NCBI RefSeq assembly: GCF_006345805.1
Contig: NC_043001.1
Location: 42,408,001-42,472,000, forward strand
Length of the DNA stretch: 64,000 nt
Source of the DNA: Octopus sinensis
Taxonomy: Eukaryota
Reading direction: 5' to 3'
Part shown: piece by piece, positions 37,236-48,796 of the stretch
Layout: every line of letters starts with the position of its first letter
Position numbering within the stretch: position 1 is the stretch's first letter
The notes under the pieces: generated by a model
Told to the model about the DNA's origin: nothing
Seen by the model: only the letters and a program-made list of their open reading frames with translations
Databases searched by the model: none
Position numbers and translations under genes: made by a program

Positions 37236-38889
37236 TTAAATAAGGTAAATGAATCAATCAACTAATCAAAAAGTAGTGTGAAATATTTTTAAAATACAAA
37301 AGATTAGACTAACAAAAAATTTTGAAATACTTCATATATTTTTTAACCTTAATGTATTTATAGTTCAAAAAGGAAGGGCAATAAAGTAATAAAATTTTTT
37401 AGTAAGGATTGGTATTTTAGTAATGCCAATCCTTAAGTAAATGAACTGATTGCTAGCAGGGATTTATGACGATAATTTAACTTAATTATGTATTCCTTTT
37501 CTCAAAATTCCTCTTTTATTTACAAATATTTTCAGACAACAAAATTATCAATTATTTATTTTAAGATTTCTTGTTCATTCAATGATGGTGATATTAAAAC
37601 TGAAGAAGTAATATTTGTGACTGCTTCAATATTAGTAATTCTTAAATGATGAAATGAAAACTGAACCTTCATTTCCAGATTAGTTTGTAGTGTATCAAAT
37701 GTTTATCTTTATTCTTGTCCTAAATTACTGAGTTATCTTTTATCTGCATTCTGAGGATTACATTTAAGTCATAAAAAGCTATTTTGAGTTAAAGGTCACA
37801 TAAATATATGACTGATTGATTGTTACATAGGTTCTTACAAGTTAAGAAATGATGGTTTAACTGGAGATTGAGAGAGGAATTATTTTAATTGTAAGACTAT
37901 ACTTGCCTAGTATAATTATATTGTGACTTGGATAACGAGAAAAATTTCACATTTGGATGTCTAAAATGATTTTGAGATATATTGTTGATGTTCATATTCA
38001 CAAGTCATTCAATGTTCAAGGGATTTACATTGGTGTGATTGACTAAAAGAAAAGTAACATATATAAGTGTGTGTGTGTGTGTCTGTCTGTTTGAAGGAAA
38101 TTTCATTCCAAAGTGGTGTGCATTTGAAAATTTTTTTGCATCTTACAAATTCTGCAAGTCTTGACTCTGAATACTTTTATGTCAGAAGTTTTCAATGCTT
38201 TATCTTGCTTTTCTACACATACCTAAAGAAAAAAAAATTGTATGTTATAAATGCAGTTTTTGAATACTTGTGTAGATTTTTACTGAAGTTGAAATAGTTT
38301 AGTGTAGAATCACCTTACTTTAAGCTAAGTTCTCAAGAATCTGGAGTCAAGAAATCAATTGTGGAATTAAAGTAGTCTGCACAAGTTGCATTCAAATGGA
38401 CATAATCTTTGTTCATAGAACAGCAATATATTAGGGTACTTTACTATATGGCTAAGATAGAAAGCATTTGATATCCATTCAAAAACAAGAAATAAAATAT
38501 TAGCATGAAAGGGGTCTACTAGCACTAGGAAAAAAAATCCAAGGAGAAATGTGAATGACATAAAATGCCATGGCGTACAATTTTCTTGAAAGCTAACCAA
38601 GGTAATGATAGAGACTACCAAAATGTTAAAAGATTTAGTGTGGCATTGAAATAATGATTGCTAATCATTCAGGTTGGAAACAGTTGATTACTTCATATCA
38701 AATCACATAAGAGTTGTCATGAAGGAAATCATTCTTTCTTTAGTTTTCCTTAATGGTTTTTAACTTCATTTTCTAGTCTTAGAAAGGTATGCTGTCAGTG
38801 ATCCATGTTTCATTTGCAGTAATTTTGCGCTAAAGCTCTTCGGATAGTCATGAATGTCTTCCCTTCCCTTTCCTTTCATATAAATCTCT

Positions 38890-39235
38890 GGTTAGGTGTG
38901 TGTGTTTATATTGTGCAGCACTTTGGGCATGTGTCTTCTACTATAGCTCAAGGCTTTAGTCTTTTGAATAGATTTGAAAACTGAAAGAAGCCTCTGTGTG
39001 TGTGTGTGTACTCTTGTTTTGAAATCACATGACGATTGCAAACGAGCTTCACCATCATACAAACAGGGCTGCTTGTTTCCAGTCTCCTGTGAAAAGCATG
39101 TCTGGCCATGGGAAATATTATCTTGCTTGGATACAGGTGAAGGTTGGCAACAGGAAAGGCATCCATCCATAGAAAATTTAGAAATTCTGCCTCAATAAAT
39201 TCCCTCTAATCCATGCAAACATGGAAATGTGGACA
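38890..39235 (+). mobile_element. SINE family B/C composite
   Basis: TTGGGCATGTGTCTTCTACTATAG...AACTGAAAGAAGCC followed by the family C body. Confidence 0.65.
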
Positions 39236-39250
39236 TTAATTAATGATTTA

Positions 39251-39287
<37 letters not shown>

Positions 39288-39629
39288 ATATATAAATGAA
39301 CAGAACCACATGAAATCAATATTAGCTATCATCAAACAAGTACTGAAAAAAGTAACTTTAGAGCAATTAATAATAGTGCATCCTTATTTTTTTTTTTTTT
39401 TTTTGTGGACCTCATTGAAACATGTTATTTAAGCATTTTCAAATGTTTCTAGATGCCAACTTCAAATGAGCTGAGATTCAAATCATTTACTCGGCTTTTC
39501 AGCTGCATTTGCATGCACAAAGCTAATTTCATATACAAGTGTCATAAATAATGATCACATACCATTATACCTTCCTGCACTAAAGTTTCACAGAATATGT
39601 TGATAATCTCATTTTACAAAACAAAAGGA

Positions 39630-39921
39630 AAATATAAAGCTTGCTTCCCAGCCACATGGTTCCAAGTTCAGTCCCACTGTATGACACCATAGGCAAGTGT
39701 CATTCCTGAGTTGACCAAAGCCTTGTGAATGAATTTGGTAAATGGTTTACATATCAGCGGTGGTGCCCCAGCATGGCCACGGCCTTCGGGCTAAAACATT
39801 TTTAAGGATTTATATTAACAAGTTGTTCGAGTGAAAGAAGCCCATTGTGTATGTGTATACCTATTTGTGTTTGTCCTACCACCACTTGACAGCCGGTGTT
39901 TGTTTGTTTACATCCCTGTAA
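39630..39921 (+). mobile_element. SINE family B with a nested SINE 3' piece
   Basis: AAGCTTGCTTCCCAGCCACATGGTTCCAAGTTCAGTCCCACTG head homologous to 60705-61085. Confidence 0.7.
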
Positions 39922-40095
39922 CTATTCCATAGTCTTTAAGATAATTTGGACCGATGGAATATGAATTCTGAAGACGAGGTCAGAACAGTGCTGGGAGAAT
40001 ATTTCTCGTCACGGATAAGTGAATTTCGGAAGAGGGGCCTTGCAAGTCTATCAGATAGATAGAAGAGCAATGTAGAAAGTTAAGGAGAGTATATA
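39922..40095 (+). mobile_element. Mariner transposase C-terminal fragment
   Basis: LFHSL*DNL...SEDEVRTVLGEYFSSRISEFRKRGLASLSDR*...GEY resembles the mariner C-terminus (compare 33124-33300). Confidence 0.6.
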
Positions 40096-40347
40096 TATAT
40101 ATGCATTCGTACTTTCATGCGGACATAAGGTTTTCCGATATATGTGTGTTCCAGTATGCGTGTGTGTGCCCTGCCCACGTCTGTATGTGTATATGCGTAA
40201 CTGTCTGTGCGTATGTGTGTGTTTGTATTTAATTACGTTCGAGTGTGTGTATTTACTATGAAGTATATGTATTTTCCACAAAATATATCAGTCGTAAGTT
40301 CCCCTATATATATGCTAAAATAGTTTGTATAGTGAAATTTTCTGTAG

Positions 40348-40374
40348 ACGAGTTCCGTGCACCTCGGAGTGCAG
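40348..40374 (+). CDS. GSK3B: Candidate 27-nt cassette micro-exon of GSK3-beta (adds EFRAPRSAD)
   Basis: TTTTCTGTAG acceptor and CAG|GTGAGT donor; 27 nt, phase 1-1, no stop. Spliced product reads ...MRTI-NEFRAPRSA-DKDGSKV. No transcript evidence. Confidence 0.6.
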
Positions 40375-41556
40375 GTGAGTAAAGGTTTCTGTTTTCCATT
40401 GCTCAGATATATTTTACGCTATAAAATTTATGAGATATGAAAATGTAAAAACGGTGATAAAAAAAAGCTTATCCTTAAAATATATTTTCTATATCTTGTA
40501 ACCTTTGTTCCGAGGAGGAATTATGCATTTTGATGAACAGAAATAAACTTGTGAAAAGGCATTCCCAAATGGTTATTAGATGCAACCACAGGCAAAAATT
40601 CACATTTTCGCAGTTTGGTAAAAGCAACTAATATCTAAAAACTCTATCGATGCAATCAACTTATTTTATCTAAGTTACAATAGAATAAGTACCAGGCTAA
40701 AGAAAGGTAAGTACTGGGGTCAGTTTGTTCAACTAAACCCCACCAAGATGGTACACCAGCATGGCCACAGGCTAAGAACAAAAACACGAAAGATATAAGA
40801 TTATATAAAATTACAGTGCATTTGGGGTTTGATGGATGTAGCCAATAGCGTCAAATCTTATGATTACTAATACCAACCCTATTAAGGAACATTTTTTTTG
40901 TCCATATCAAAATCACATTGCTTATAGGCTGTTTTTGATATCAGTCTTGTTCTGTACTGTTTTCTTTTGTGGATTAAGCTGACATTTCATAGAAAATAAA
41001 GCAAATATTCTTAACTGAAATAATATTTCTTTCCCAAGTTATTGATTTTTATTATAATTGCAATTACAAATCTTTCCTTCATGTCAGTAGAGTTAGCAGT
41101 GTGTTTGGAGAAATAACCTTTGTTAAAGTGTTGACAGAAATAGTATTGATGTATTTTTATTTTAGTTTCAATAATTTGTTTGTTTACCTTAATTTATTTC
41201 TGATATGTCTTACATAAAAAACCCATGAAAGATTTGAATTTGGTGCATTAAATACACCTGTTGCATTTTCTTTTGGACAAGTGAAATTTTTTTCTTCATA
41301 GTTTTTCAGAAAATTTGATATGAAATTTTACTGTTTTAAATTTGCAATAGTTTTACATTTTGTTATTACAAAAAGCTGGTGGATGGCAGAATTAGTAGAT
41401 TATCAGATAAAATTATTGGAATTAGGAGAGTATTGTAGTTCACTTGAATCATTGTGTATTGTTTGTAAAGAATAAAAAGTTTTGAATGGTACAACAATGC
41501 ACTATAATATAGACAATGGGCTATATACCTGTTGTAATTTAGTCATCCATAGTCTG

Positions 41557-41593
41557 ATATGATATTTCGAAATAATATTCCTTCTTCAGATAT
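41557..41593 (-). ncRNA. Minimal type-I hammerhead ribozyme motif (mirror copy)
   Basis: Exact reverse complement of 41646-41682. Confidence 0.6.
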
Positions 41594-41645
41594 TCTTAGA
41601 TGGAGTCACTGCTATAACCGATTATAACAGCAACTCCATCTCAGA

Positions 41646-41682
41646 ATATCTGAAGAAGGAATATTATTTCGAAATATCATAT
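41646..41682 (+). ncRNA. Minimal type-I hammerhead ribozyme motif
   Basis: ATAT-CTGAAGA-A-GGAAT(ATT)ATTTC-GAA-ATAT-C-ATAT: 4-bp stem I, stem II with one G-U pair, palindromic stem III AUAU, predicted AUC cleavage after 41678. Confidence 0.6.
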
Positions 41683-41849
41683 CAGACTATGGATGACTAA
41701 ATTACAACAGGTGTATAGCCCATTGTCTACATTATTGGAATTATTTAATTATATTTCTCTGTGTTCTGAGTTCAGGTCTTTTTGTGCAGTGATAAGAAAG
41801 AATACACTGCAACAGTTTCTCTTCTCCTTCTCCAGAAGCCCATAAGAAA

Positions 41850-44230
41850 ACTAACAAAACATCAGTTACTCTGACCCCATCATCAGTACTCAGAAAATTC
41901 TTTATGCCTTCCCAATACATCTATTTACAACTAGATTGTTTGATCTGTTGAGAGTTAAGTTACTTTTCCAAAGTTGCAGTACAGTACTTTGGATGAAATG
42001 CAAACAATCAAGCCTTCAGCTGTTACCTTCCTGGCATGGCTGACTGCAACTCTCTTCATTTCTTACAATTTGAATATTTAAAGAAAACACTGAAATTTCT
42101 ATTCATTATCTGTTGCTTTATTGTCTTTGACTCAATTTCTATTTTATTTTGTGTTTTTGTTTCTTTGTGTGCCAATGGAGCTTCACAGTCTCTAGAATTA
42201 AGTATAACAAGTTGATGCTTGGGTAGAAGATTCTTTTCTTCTGCAAACTTCTCAAAATCTTTGCAGCATTTTATTTGTCTTAACCATTTCTATCTTTTGC
42301 TGCCATACATTGACTCAGATGTATTTTTCACTGTAAGTTGAACTTGTTTCCACAAGATCTGGCCATGAAAGGACAATTGTGATAAATATTTTCCATTTGC
42401 TGGTAAGAAAAAAGAAAAAAAACTTGAGTAATATTGTGAAGTTTTATTACTGGTCATCCTGAAAATAAGATCACAGTAATGAAATGCTGTTGATAATAGT
42501 TGAAATATTTATATGTAATCTTACAATAGCAACAGGTAAACTAAGTTTTAATATGAGCAATCAGAAGCAAAGAAGCATGACACAGTTTTGTGTGTGCAAA
42601 TGCCATTCTGCCAATTGCCACATTACTTGTTGAATTATCGACAGACACAATACACACATACACATTAGGACTTTATAACTTAGCTGTTTATCCCTCATAT
42701 ACTAATAAAAAATATATATCAATAATATTTTTTGAGACTTGACTAAATTATTAGCCACAGTACACTTATTCCTAGCTAATTCTCAATCAAATATACGTAT
42801 TTTATAGTTTACACTACATTGTATTTCCTTTGGTGTTTTAGTTACATAAACATGAGTAAAGTATTTAGGAAGTAAAGTTTCATGAATGAATAGCCAAAAA
42901 TTAGATTAATGATATGGGAATTTGAACTAAATGAATAATAATGCTAATATCTACACATACAATTCACTGCTGATTATAAATTTAACAAAATATTCCCTTG
43001 CCTTAGATCATAAGCCCTTTCCTTAGATCATCCAAATATTGAGCAAAATACCAGCACCAGAGAAGGAAGTAAAACAATATACTTGTGGACCAAATGTTGG
43101 AATACTTTCAATCCATTTATGTTATAATCTTTAGTTGAAGGGTAACAGCCAGAAAGATGCAATGAATATGTGCTTCAAATAACTGAAGTTAAGCTTTCTC
43201 ACAACTGTTTATCATCACAATGATTATAACCAGTAATAAAATGGCACAATGTTACCTAATTTTTTTATTTTTTTTATTTTCTTACCAGCAAATGGAAAAT
43301 ATTTATCACAATTGTCCTTTTATGGCCAGATCTTGTGGAAATAAGTTCAGCTTACAGTGACTAAACAATTATTTTCACAAGTTCCACCAAAATGTACTTT
43401 AGGACATGTCTTTTACAATAAAATCAAATAACATTAAAACTTTGGGATTTTGTGGGAAGTTTTTGGCCACATTGCTTCGATGGTACTTTATGATGTACAA
43501 GCATAGAGTGTGCACACTGGAAAATTACATTCCTAAATTTTCTTGCTGAACTTCAAAGCTCACTTGAATGACAAAAGCTCTGTATGCTTACTAATCTCGC
43601 CTTTAGCCATATTGCAGATTGCTGTGACAACAATATTACAGTAGTTACTCTTGAGCAGCAGAATGCAATTTTTTGTTGATTCCAATTGCAGTGACAAAAC
43701 TGCAACCTGGTCAAGACTTTGAATCTTAAGTCACAATACTTTGCAGCCTAAACAGACATTGTAAATTTCAAGCTGTAACTGCTGTGTATTGAGAAACGGG
43801 TTTTGAAATCGCATTTATTTGTGAGAATGTCTGACAGAATCCCACAAACTCTGAAAACTCTTTGTTGGATTTAGAATAGGCTCATTCCATTAAAGTTGAC
43901 CAAAGAAATAGTAACTTAGCAATGACCTTCTCCGCCTTGGCATTGAGTGTACTGCTGCCATCATGAGCATATCAGCTTTTAGACAAAGATGCTGTTTTTG
44001 TCCAGACTTCTAGCAAGACCACTCTATTTGTCCAACAAAGAAAGAAACTTGTCACATCTACAAAAAGGTTAGATGTAGAGTCACTATTTTCAAGTTGGGG
44101 ATGTTTCCAAAATCTATCTTCCCATTAGCTTGGCAATTTCTTTGAATTGCCTGGCAACTCAATCTAAATAGATTTCTTCTCTTTATGTATTTCAGACAGT
44201 TTTCAATAAAAAGGTGCATTTAAATGTTTT
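41850..44230 (-). mobile_element. Very decayed hAT-like transposase remnants containing an 84-bp inverted duplication
   Basis: Weak by-eye motifs (LSTD...LGRHKEF; FVDVTS...AKLLFLW; FQNPF..QLQLEI). The inverted pair 42328-42411 / 43277-43360 is clear. Confidence 0.35.
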
Positions 44231-47200
44231 ACTTAACTTATGGTGATGTATAATTCTGTGACATGACTTTAACCCTTTCAACATATTTATGGTTATCTTA
44301 GTATATATCCAATTTGCATAAGTTTTTTTTCTACGTATTCATTTAAAACTTTTCCTGATACTTTTCCCTTTATTCCCAGTAGTTTTTTTTTTGTCTCATC
44401 TATTTTATTCATATGCAGATGATAATAACGTACATTCCTCAAATAGATGAATCAAACCCTATAAGGATTTGAACTCAAAATGATATTACGTTCATACTTC
44501 TAGAAATTGATATAATAATTCTATACAGTAGTTACATACTGTGTTCAGTTCAGGCAACTGTATTCTTTTTTCATAAAATTTACTTTGTAACATGTTAAAA
44601 GAAATAATGTTGGTTTTTCACTTTAGAGAATGTCATCTTATGCTGTTATTATTAACTCCAGGTCAAGCCTGATTGTCAGCATGCATGATAAAAGATATTC
44701 CAGTCATGACCACACCATTTTTTAGGAGCATAATAGGCCTACATTTTCTGATTTGTTCTTTTCTTATTACTGGTGGTAGGGTGTGATTTAAGAGAGATTT
44801 GGTAGCTATTTCAAGCAAGTTCAGTGACTATGTATAACCTCCCTCATTGGCTTGAGACATCTGTTTGTGGAATTTTAACACCTGTTAACTCTATAACTTT
44901 TGCATTCATTACAGGATGTTAACACGACTTTGTGAACCTGACTTATTTACTTTATTTTGTTTAATATATTAGGTCATAATTTTTTTTATGCTTATATTTT
45001 TTCATTGACATGATATACATTTTCTTTCTGAAAGCCTTACTCTTCACTACCTACTTATCCTACATTAATTTCTTTCATTTCAGTTGCCTTCAAGGCATTC
45101 AGAAATATCCCTTAATTATCTGAATGCTAAAATCTTAACTACTTTTCTAATTTATGCCTAACTCTTCTGCATCTTCCTATTGTCTTTCTAATCCTTTTAA
45201 ATTTGCCCATCTTCTCTGAGACTGTCATATTTCCACAAAATCCCTTGTTTTAATGTTATTTGATGTATTAGAGTATAAGGATAAAATTCAGAAGTATTTA
45301 GTTGTGTATAGTATTCAAAGGCATGAAATAACTATTACAAATGTTCTTAATAAAAACTTTTCCAAATAATTGTGTAAATGTCTGAGAAGAGTTATTGTTA
45401 ATGATTATAATTTTTGAAACTATTCACTTAATCTTTTTAGATGAAACTTTTTTAAATGTACATCTCACTACATTTCGATCTGCTCAATCGCCAATTGTCA
45501 TCAGGTGTCTTATTCCTGGATATATGCCACTGTAGAGTGTACATTGGCATACTAAATAAGGTATTATGGCAGATATAATTATAAAAAAAATTTGTTTCAT
45601 CTCTAAAGATGAGGTTAATCATGTAAAAATTATTAAAATCATTAATATTTTTAATATTAAAGGAACTGTTTTTGATCAGTTGGCCAATGACAATTTCCTT
45701 TTGTAATTGTAATTATCAAAGTGAATTTATTACTATGTAATTCTGTACAAAATTTGTATCCGTATTTAATTTCATGACTGATTATTTTATATAACATTAT
45801 TGAATATATCTTATGGCATATACTATTTTTAATGGTCCAGCTGTTAAACATAGTTGTAAACTAGCTCCATCAATCTTTTACTGCACCAGCATACTACATT
45901 ATTAAAAAGCTTTCAAAATATTATTTTATCTTACATATGATAATATAAATTTCTTCTGTCAGTATACCCAAGTACAATGTGTGATTTTCTTGATAGTTTA
46001 TTCGGTATCATTATTGTGATCTGCATTTTTTAATGCATATGTTGTCATAAATGAATCTTCTCATTCGAGTCTATGTATCCCAGTCCTTCTCCAATTCTAC
46101 TTTAATATATTAAAAAAATTAATATAATTGATTGGTATTATTTATTTAATATTCTACAAATAATTCTACGTTTTGTATCCTGATAATTTGTGTATGTACT
46201 AACACATACACACAGCTTATGCAGTCTACTGCATTGCTGATAGTAGCAGTAGTATCTCCTATACCTGCATTATAACTCTTCACTGACGGTGGCTAACCTA
46301 TAAATTCAGTGTTATTGTTTGCCATACTAGTAAATAACATGATTTCAAAAGAACTATTTGTAAAACTTTAGTGTTGTATTTTAATAAACATTCTTTTATT
46401 TGAATCTCATGATATAAATTAGGCCTTTTTTTGTTGTTGTTGATCAGAATTTGAAAAATTGTTTGTCATTTTCCTTCTGTGTATTTTTCTGGAAAAAAGT
46501 GACTAGAAATGTCAACATTTATTTATTATTGTTATTATTCTTTTATGGTACTCAAAAAACATCAAGGCTTTATCAAGAATCTCTGAATATTGTCTCAATA
46601 TTGCTCATCCAAATATTTTAATGAAGAAATATTGGATGAATACATTGACATATTTTGATTTACAGTAATAATTGTTCTTCATATGTTGGTTGTAGATTTC
46701 ATTGATTACAATCAAAAGTACAGGTCTCTTTGACAAAAATGATACTCATTCCTCATAATGATAAATTTTAAAAAAAAATCTGGTTATTGTGATAAAGGCA
46801 ACTTTGTGTGTGTACACACACACATACACACGTTTTTCATTCATTCATTCACTCATTCATTCATTCATACATACAAACAAGCATACATATCTAAGGCAAC
46901 TTTTATGGGGCTACTTGAACTCGATCTGCTTTATTTGAAATAGGATCGTGATAGGGGTTAGGGATTGTATTTAATTAGTAATTGAGTTTAAAAAAAAGAT
47001 TTTTTAATAACACTCATTATTTAATTTATATCATATGTCAACAATAATTATTTAATTTTGTTAATAATTATTCTCATTTGGAACATTTAAGTGAAAAATG
47101 GGAAGAAGAAACTGCTATCCATATTTTTGTACCTAAAATGTTGTGCAGTTGCTGGTTGAAGATTTGCTTAGTGTTATCTAAGATGGTGCAAGCCTGACTA

Positions 47201-48179
47201 ATGACTACTACTGCTTCCAATTGAGGACAGCTACCATTATAGCAGCTATGTTTTAAACACTAATGCCAGCCATTTGCACAGTATTTTTGCTACTCGTTTT
47301 CTTTCTCTGTATTGGCAGTATTTGGGACTAAATTCTAGTTGTTAATGATGATGATGATGATCCTTTTACTAGGTTTTTCAAATGCAACAGTTCTATTTTA
47401 GCACTTTTCTCTCAAGACTAGATATCTTAATTTGTACCATCATCCATTTATTGATTATTAAAGCTTTTGGTGTTTGTATGACTGTGCTTGTATTCTGTGT
47501 TATTATTATTCAGATGAGTAGTCTGAATGATTTTCTATGTGTTTTTCTATAGTTTATTTCTGTGTTGAAGGTATTTTTTAAACTAAATTTTTCTCGGAAA
47601 TATTTTATAGCAATATCACTTCCTTAAATAAAATAAAAACAATAATAGTGATTTGTCCTATTCTGTTAATGTATCATTAGGTATTTTTGCATACCCACAA
47701 CCATTAAAAATTTTTTTTTAATACTTACATTACCTATAAAGTTTATTCTAAGAGGACTTTCGTTTCCTCACTTTCTTCTTTCTTTTGAAATATTTGACAT
47801 GTATTTTAGTTATTCAGTATCAACTATTGTTATTATTTGGACATTGTAAATTAATTTGTTTTAACTAAGATTCATCATGGTATTTGAAGCATTATTATTC
47901 CTGCTGCTATTAAACTGTTCACTATATCTGTGGGTTGGAATTAATGAATAATACCATGAACTATATTTTTTTCATAGTTTCAAGATAAAGCTTTTAAATG
48001 AAAATGTTCTTAAGCAGGATTTCACAATCTTATTTTCTGTGTTTGTTTATTTAAATGTTACATTCATTGTCTTCATCATCATTTTACATTTGTTTTTCTG
48101 TGTTTGCATGGGTTGGGCAGTTTTTTTCCAACACAACATTTTCACACTTGTTGCAGTTTTTTATCATCTCCATCATGAG

Positions 48180-48700
48180 GTTCATTTTCCTCCTTGTCTT
48201 TCTTACTTTTCCTCTTCCACAGGCTCTTTCTATTTGGATCTCTTGACATTTCTGTTCCCAACTGTCATCTTCCATATGCATCACATGCCTGTACCAGCTG
48301 ACTCTTCTCTCTTATACATTCTTACACACAGTTTTTCTCAGCTTATTTGTGCTATGATGTTCTTTGCTCACTAAAATTACACATCCTGTTGAACATGCTT
48401 GCTTCATTTCTTTTCAACCTTCATACAGCCTTTGTTCATGTTTTTCTATCATGCAACATTGCACTTTGAACATGAACATTGTAAATTCAACCCTAGACTT
48501 AGAGAAAGAGTCCTTTGTTGCCAGTCAGAAGTAATAGCTCCCTGAACTTTTTTGGTCTTGTTATTACTCTGACTACTATGCTTTCAGACACCTCTTCCAC
48601 TGCTAATTAGGTCACCTAGGTACTAGTAACTATCTACTACTTATCTGGAGCCTGCTGAACATTCAAAAGAATTTATTTACTGGTAGCTACTCCTGCACCT
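48180..48700 (-). mobile_element. Decayed RTE LINE 3' fragment
   Basis: Aligns by eye with 15430-15960. Confidence 0.7.
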
Positions 48701-48744
48701 ATACTACAGACAGTTCTTTCTTTTTTACTAAATGTATTGTTATT

Positions 48745-48796
<52 letters not shown>

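Larger units (their letters stand above)
41504..41735. mobile_element. 232-bp fold-back hairpin, Penelope-like remnant
   Basis: Arms 41504-41617 and 41622-41735, loop CCGA, 6 mismatches in 114 bp by eye; hammerhead motif in each arm. Confidence 0.75.
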
